From the NCBI RefSeq assembly GCF_006345805.1, contig NW_021825323.1, positions 1,054,001-1,118,000 of the forward strand: 64,000 nucleotides of DNA. The letters are read 5' to 3'. The notes under the pieces were generated by a model. It was not told the origin of the DNA, ran no database searches, and was given only the letters and a program-made list of their open reading frames with translations. The stretch comes from Octopus sinensis (lineage: Eukaryota). A program made the position numbers and the translations under genes. Of the stretch, positions 61,569 to 64,000 are shown piece by piece (position 1 is the first letter of the stretch; every line of letters begins with the position of its first letter).

Positions 61569-62862
61569 TTAATGAACATATTGCTTTTTCAGAAGCTGAA
61601 TTCTACTCAAATCGACAAAGTCGTGACATCCATCAATAAGTGAAGAAATAACTACAAAAAATGCACACATCAAAACCTTCTTTTTCTTCTCCACTCATAA
61701 ATAACACAACAAATGAAAAACGCTTGACATTACATAAACTTTCCAACACTACAACAACCTGTTCCTTGTTCCTATGATTCTATATCAACATAAAAACACT
61801 TTTCATAATCTCGCAATCCACAAATAATTTTCCACAAAGTCTTGACATCTAACATCTCCCCAAACAATGATTTATAATCAAATGGAGATATTCTCCGAAA
61901 GTATAAGTAAAAGAGAAGACAGTCATCTCCCAATCCACAAACATCACATTCAAATTGATTGTAATACAGAGGGACAGACAATAAAGATATTTTCTTTTCA
62001 GCCTCTTCCCAAGATAACTCCTTCTTCTCCAATTTTAATTCCTCGATATCTTTAATGGGAACAGTCTTCATTTCGTCAGTCTTTTCCAAAACTATTTTTA
62101 AAAAAGTAATTTACATGTTCAAAAACAGTCATTTTTGGTACAACCAAACGAGATTCAAGCTCCTCTACTGAAATTCCATAATCTCCCGTCGAGACTAATT
62201 TCCGGGCAGAAAAGAAGATCTAAAATATTGAAATTACATTAAAACAACTTTTGCTCTTTCTAAAAGTTCGAGGGCCTCTTTATTAGAAGGATCACGTGCA
62301 AGGAATGACTGAAGATCTCGAACGGCCAATTCGTATTTTTTGGTTTTAAAATAAGCCGAAGCTCTCCTGAACAAAGCTTTAACAAATCCAGGCTCCAATT
62401 CAAGACAAGACTCACAGTCCTGTATTACATTGGCGTATCTTAAATATGTTTAAATCAATATAAACAATTCTAATTTTAAATAAACTAATGCTCTATTGGC
62501 GAATAGAACATAACTGGAGGGATCGGCCATCAAACCAGTGGAATATGCTTCCACAGCCTTGTAGTACTGTCCACTCTTGTAGAGTCCATTTCCCTTATGT
62601 TGAATTGAAGGATTAATACTATATCTTTGTATTTTTCTCCTCTTTTTTTGTTATTTGTGATTTTTTCAGGATTCGGATCCTTTTTTGTGTTTTCTTGTAT
62701 TTCTATGGTGAATAAATGGTCGATACTATTTGTTTCGGTTGGAAATGGGGGATCTTTTTTAGTCCTCTTTACCCATTTGTCAATTTCTGAGACAAAATCC
62801 TCGTATTCTAGTTGATTTTGTTTTATGTTTTGCTGAAGATCAAAAGCACGTCGAGCATCCAT
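61569..62862 (-). CDS. RPAP3: RNA polymerase II-associated protein 3 (TPR plus RPAP3_C; R2TP subunit)
   Basis: N-terminus LQQNIKQNQLEYEDFVSEIDKW. TPR region GNGLYKSG...Y..G...LFANRA...DC...KALFRRA. C-terminal YNQFE...YKSLFGEML...VKRF. Micro-introns present. Confidence 0.85.
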
Positions 62863-62974
62863 TTGTAACCACAAAAATAAACTTAAGATCTGGATTTTTA
62901 TTAAAAATAATATTTATATTTTTTTAAATAAAAAATAATGAAAACTAATGAACACTAACCCTCTAGTATGTAAA

Positions 62975-63800
62975 ACAGTACTTTCTGGGAGACGAGGATT
63001 TCAGAATTAAGGCTGTCTCCTATTTGTTCTTCCAATTTTGGCTGGATGAAACCTGCTGACTTTATCTGTGAGGACTTTCTGGGAGACGAGAATTCCTCTG
63101 CCGTCGACACGTACTGACAAGCTCGTCATATATGCTGACGATATCCTGGTCATGGATACTCGAAAAGGATATCGCAGTCTTGGAGACGACTTAAATCATA
63201 CATTGCAACGCTAAAGATGTGGACTATAGAGAAGGGTTTGACCCTAGCACCGGACAAGAGCACCATTTCATGGTTGCGGAGAGGGAGTCGCTATGCGGAG
63301 TCGTGTGCATATGCGATGAGTAGCTATGTGATGGATCTCCCGAAAAGCAAAAATCTTTATTACCTGGGAGCAACCATCAACTGTCGTGGCTCGTACGTAG
63401 AGCATATAGCAAATCAGAGAAAGAGGAGTGTGAGGATCCTCAAAAGCTTAACCAGGTTCCATCTGGATCCGGAAACGTACATTTACGTATACAAAACGTG
63501 TGTGCAGCCAGTCCTCACATATGGCTACGAGGGCTGGTACGGTACGGAGGAGAGTGACTACCTGATCGAACAGTTGGAAAAGACAAGACGTTTCGCTATG
63601 AAATGGCTTACGGAGTACAACTTGACGGAAGGTTAAAAGACTCACAAGAATCCTCTGTGCCCACGATCCGGATGGTCTTGGAGAATTGTCGTCAAACATG
63701 ACTAGTATTGGGGATACGCATGGAAGAGACACTTCGGTGCCTTGTTTTTATCTCCCCGCCGATGATTTCTCCTTGTTTTTCTTTTTCTTTTTGCTCAATA
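62975..63800 (+). mobile_element. 5'-truncated non-LTR retrotransposon (RT C-terminal half plus 3' UTR)
   Basis: Reads LVIYADDILV...LAPDKS...YLGATIN...YKTCVQPVLTYG, followed by a pyrimidine-rich 3' UTR with AATAAA. Confidence 0.8.
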
Positions 63801-64000
63801 AACACTATTCTATTCTATATTCTATTTGTGAGGACAGAACGAGATCTGATGAGATTACCTATTCATATTTTACAGCGAATTTTTCATTTTTGTGTCGGAA
63901 TTGGATCTTTATTCACACCTGCTAAAAATAATAAAAATTAAAAGTATATTTGCACCGTTGATGGCAAATACTTTTGTATTTGAGAATTCTGATGCTTACA

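Noticed and set aside
3072-62862. Stop-codon reassignment or programmed frameshifting to explain in-frame stops in conserved genes
   Set aside because: Nearly all interruptions are resolved by 21-33 nt GT-AG or GC-AG introns, and genes end in ordinary TAA/TGA.
63840-63900. Hammerhead ribozyme near the retroelement end (CTGATGAG)
   Set aside because: No correctly placed GAAA core or flanking stems.
3235-63941. Many short ORFs in the supplied track on the strand opposite real genes or TEs (e.g. 3489-3812, 12191-12421, 13260-13748, 43462-43866, 46479-46787)
   Set aside because: They are antisense shadows or alternative frames of recognised coding sequence, with no independent support.

Overview
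AT-rich animal nuclear DNA with tightly packed genes split by micro-introns. Most introns I could resolve are 21-33 nt GT-AG with very degenerate donors, and at least two are GC-AG. This architecture is most reminiscent of dicyemid mesozoans; orthonectids or myxozoans are not excluded, and the taxon is inference only. Host genes, reconstructed by manual splicing and recognised from remembered family motifs: hnRNP Q/R (SYNCRIP), a divergent kinesin-14, hnRNP A1-like, FARS2, RalGAP alpha, a GH31 alpha-glucosidase, SDHAF4, PCMT1, CENP-S, a Ran-binding-domain protein with WG repeats, an orphan type II membrane protein, PIP5K1, Shank and RPAP3. Between genes lie many mostly degenerate transposons: at least eight CRE-clade non-LTR pieces, RTE, R4-like RLE and I/Jockey-type non-LTR fragments, nested hAT elements, and pogo and Tc1 remnants. 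The most notable observations are: non-canonical GC-AG micro-introns with no compensating donor consensus; a 5'-inverted (twin-priming-type) RTE copy with a perfect 11-bp TSD; a 2A-like ribosome-skipping motif ahead of an APE domain; a kinesin-14 with altered switch motifs; a UAGGG/cUUCGg hairpin in an unusually long intron of the hnRNP A1 gene; and a WG-repeat RanBD protein whose only visible start codon comes from a retroelement. Several frameshifts fall in homopolymer runs and may be sequencing errors. No searches were run, so family calls need confirmation.
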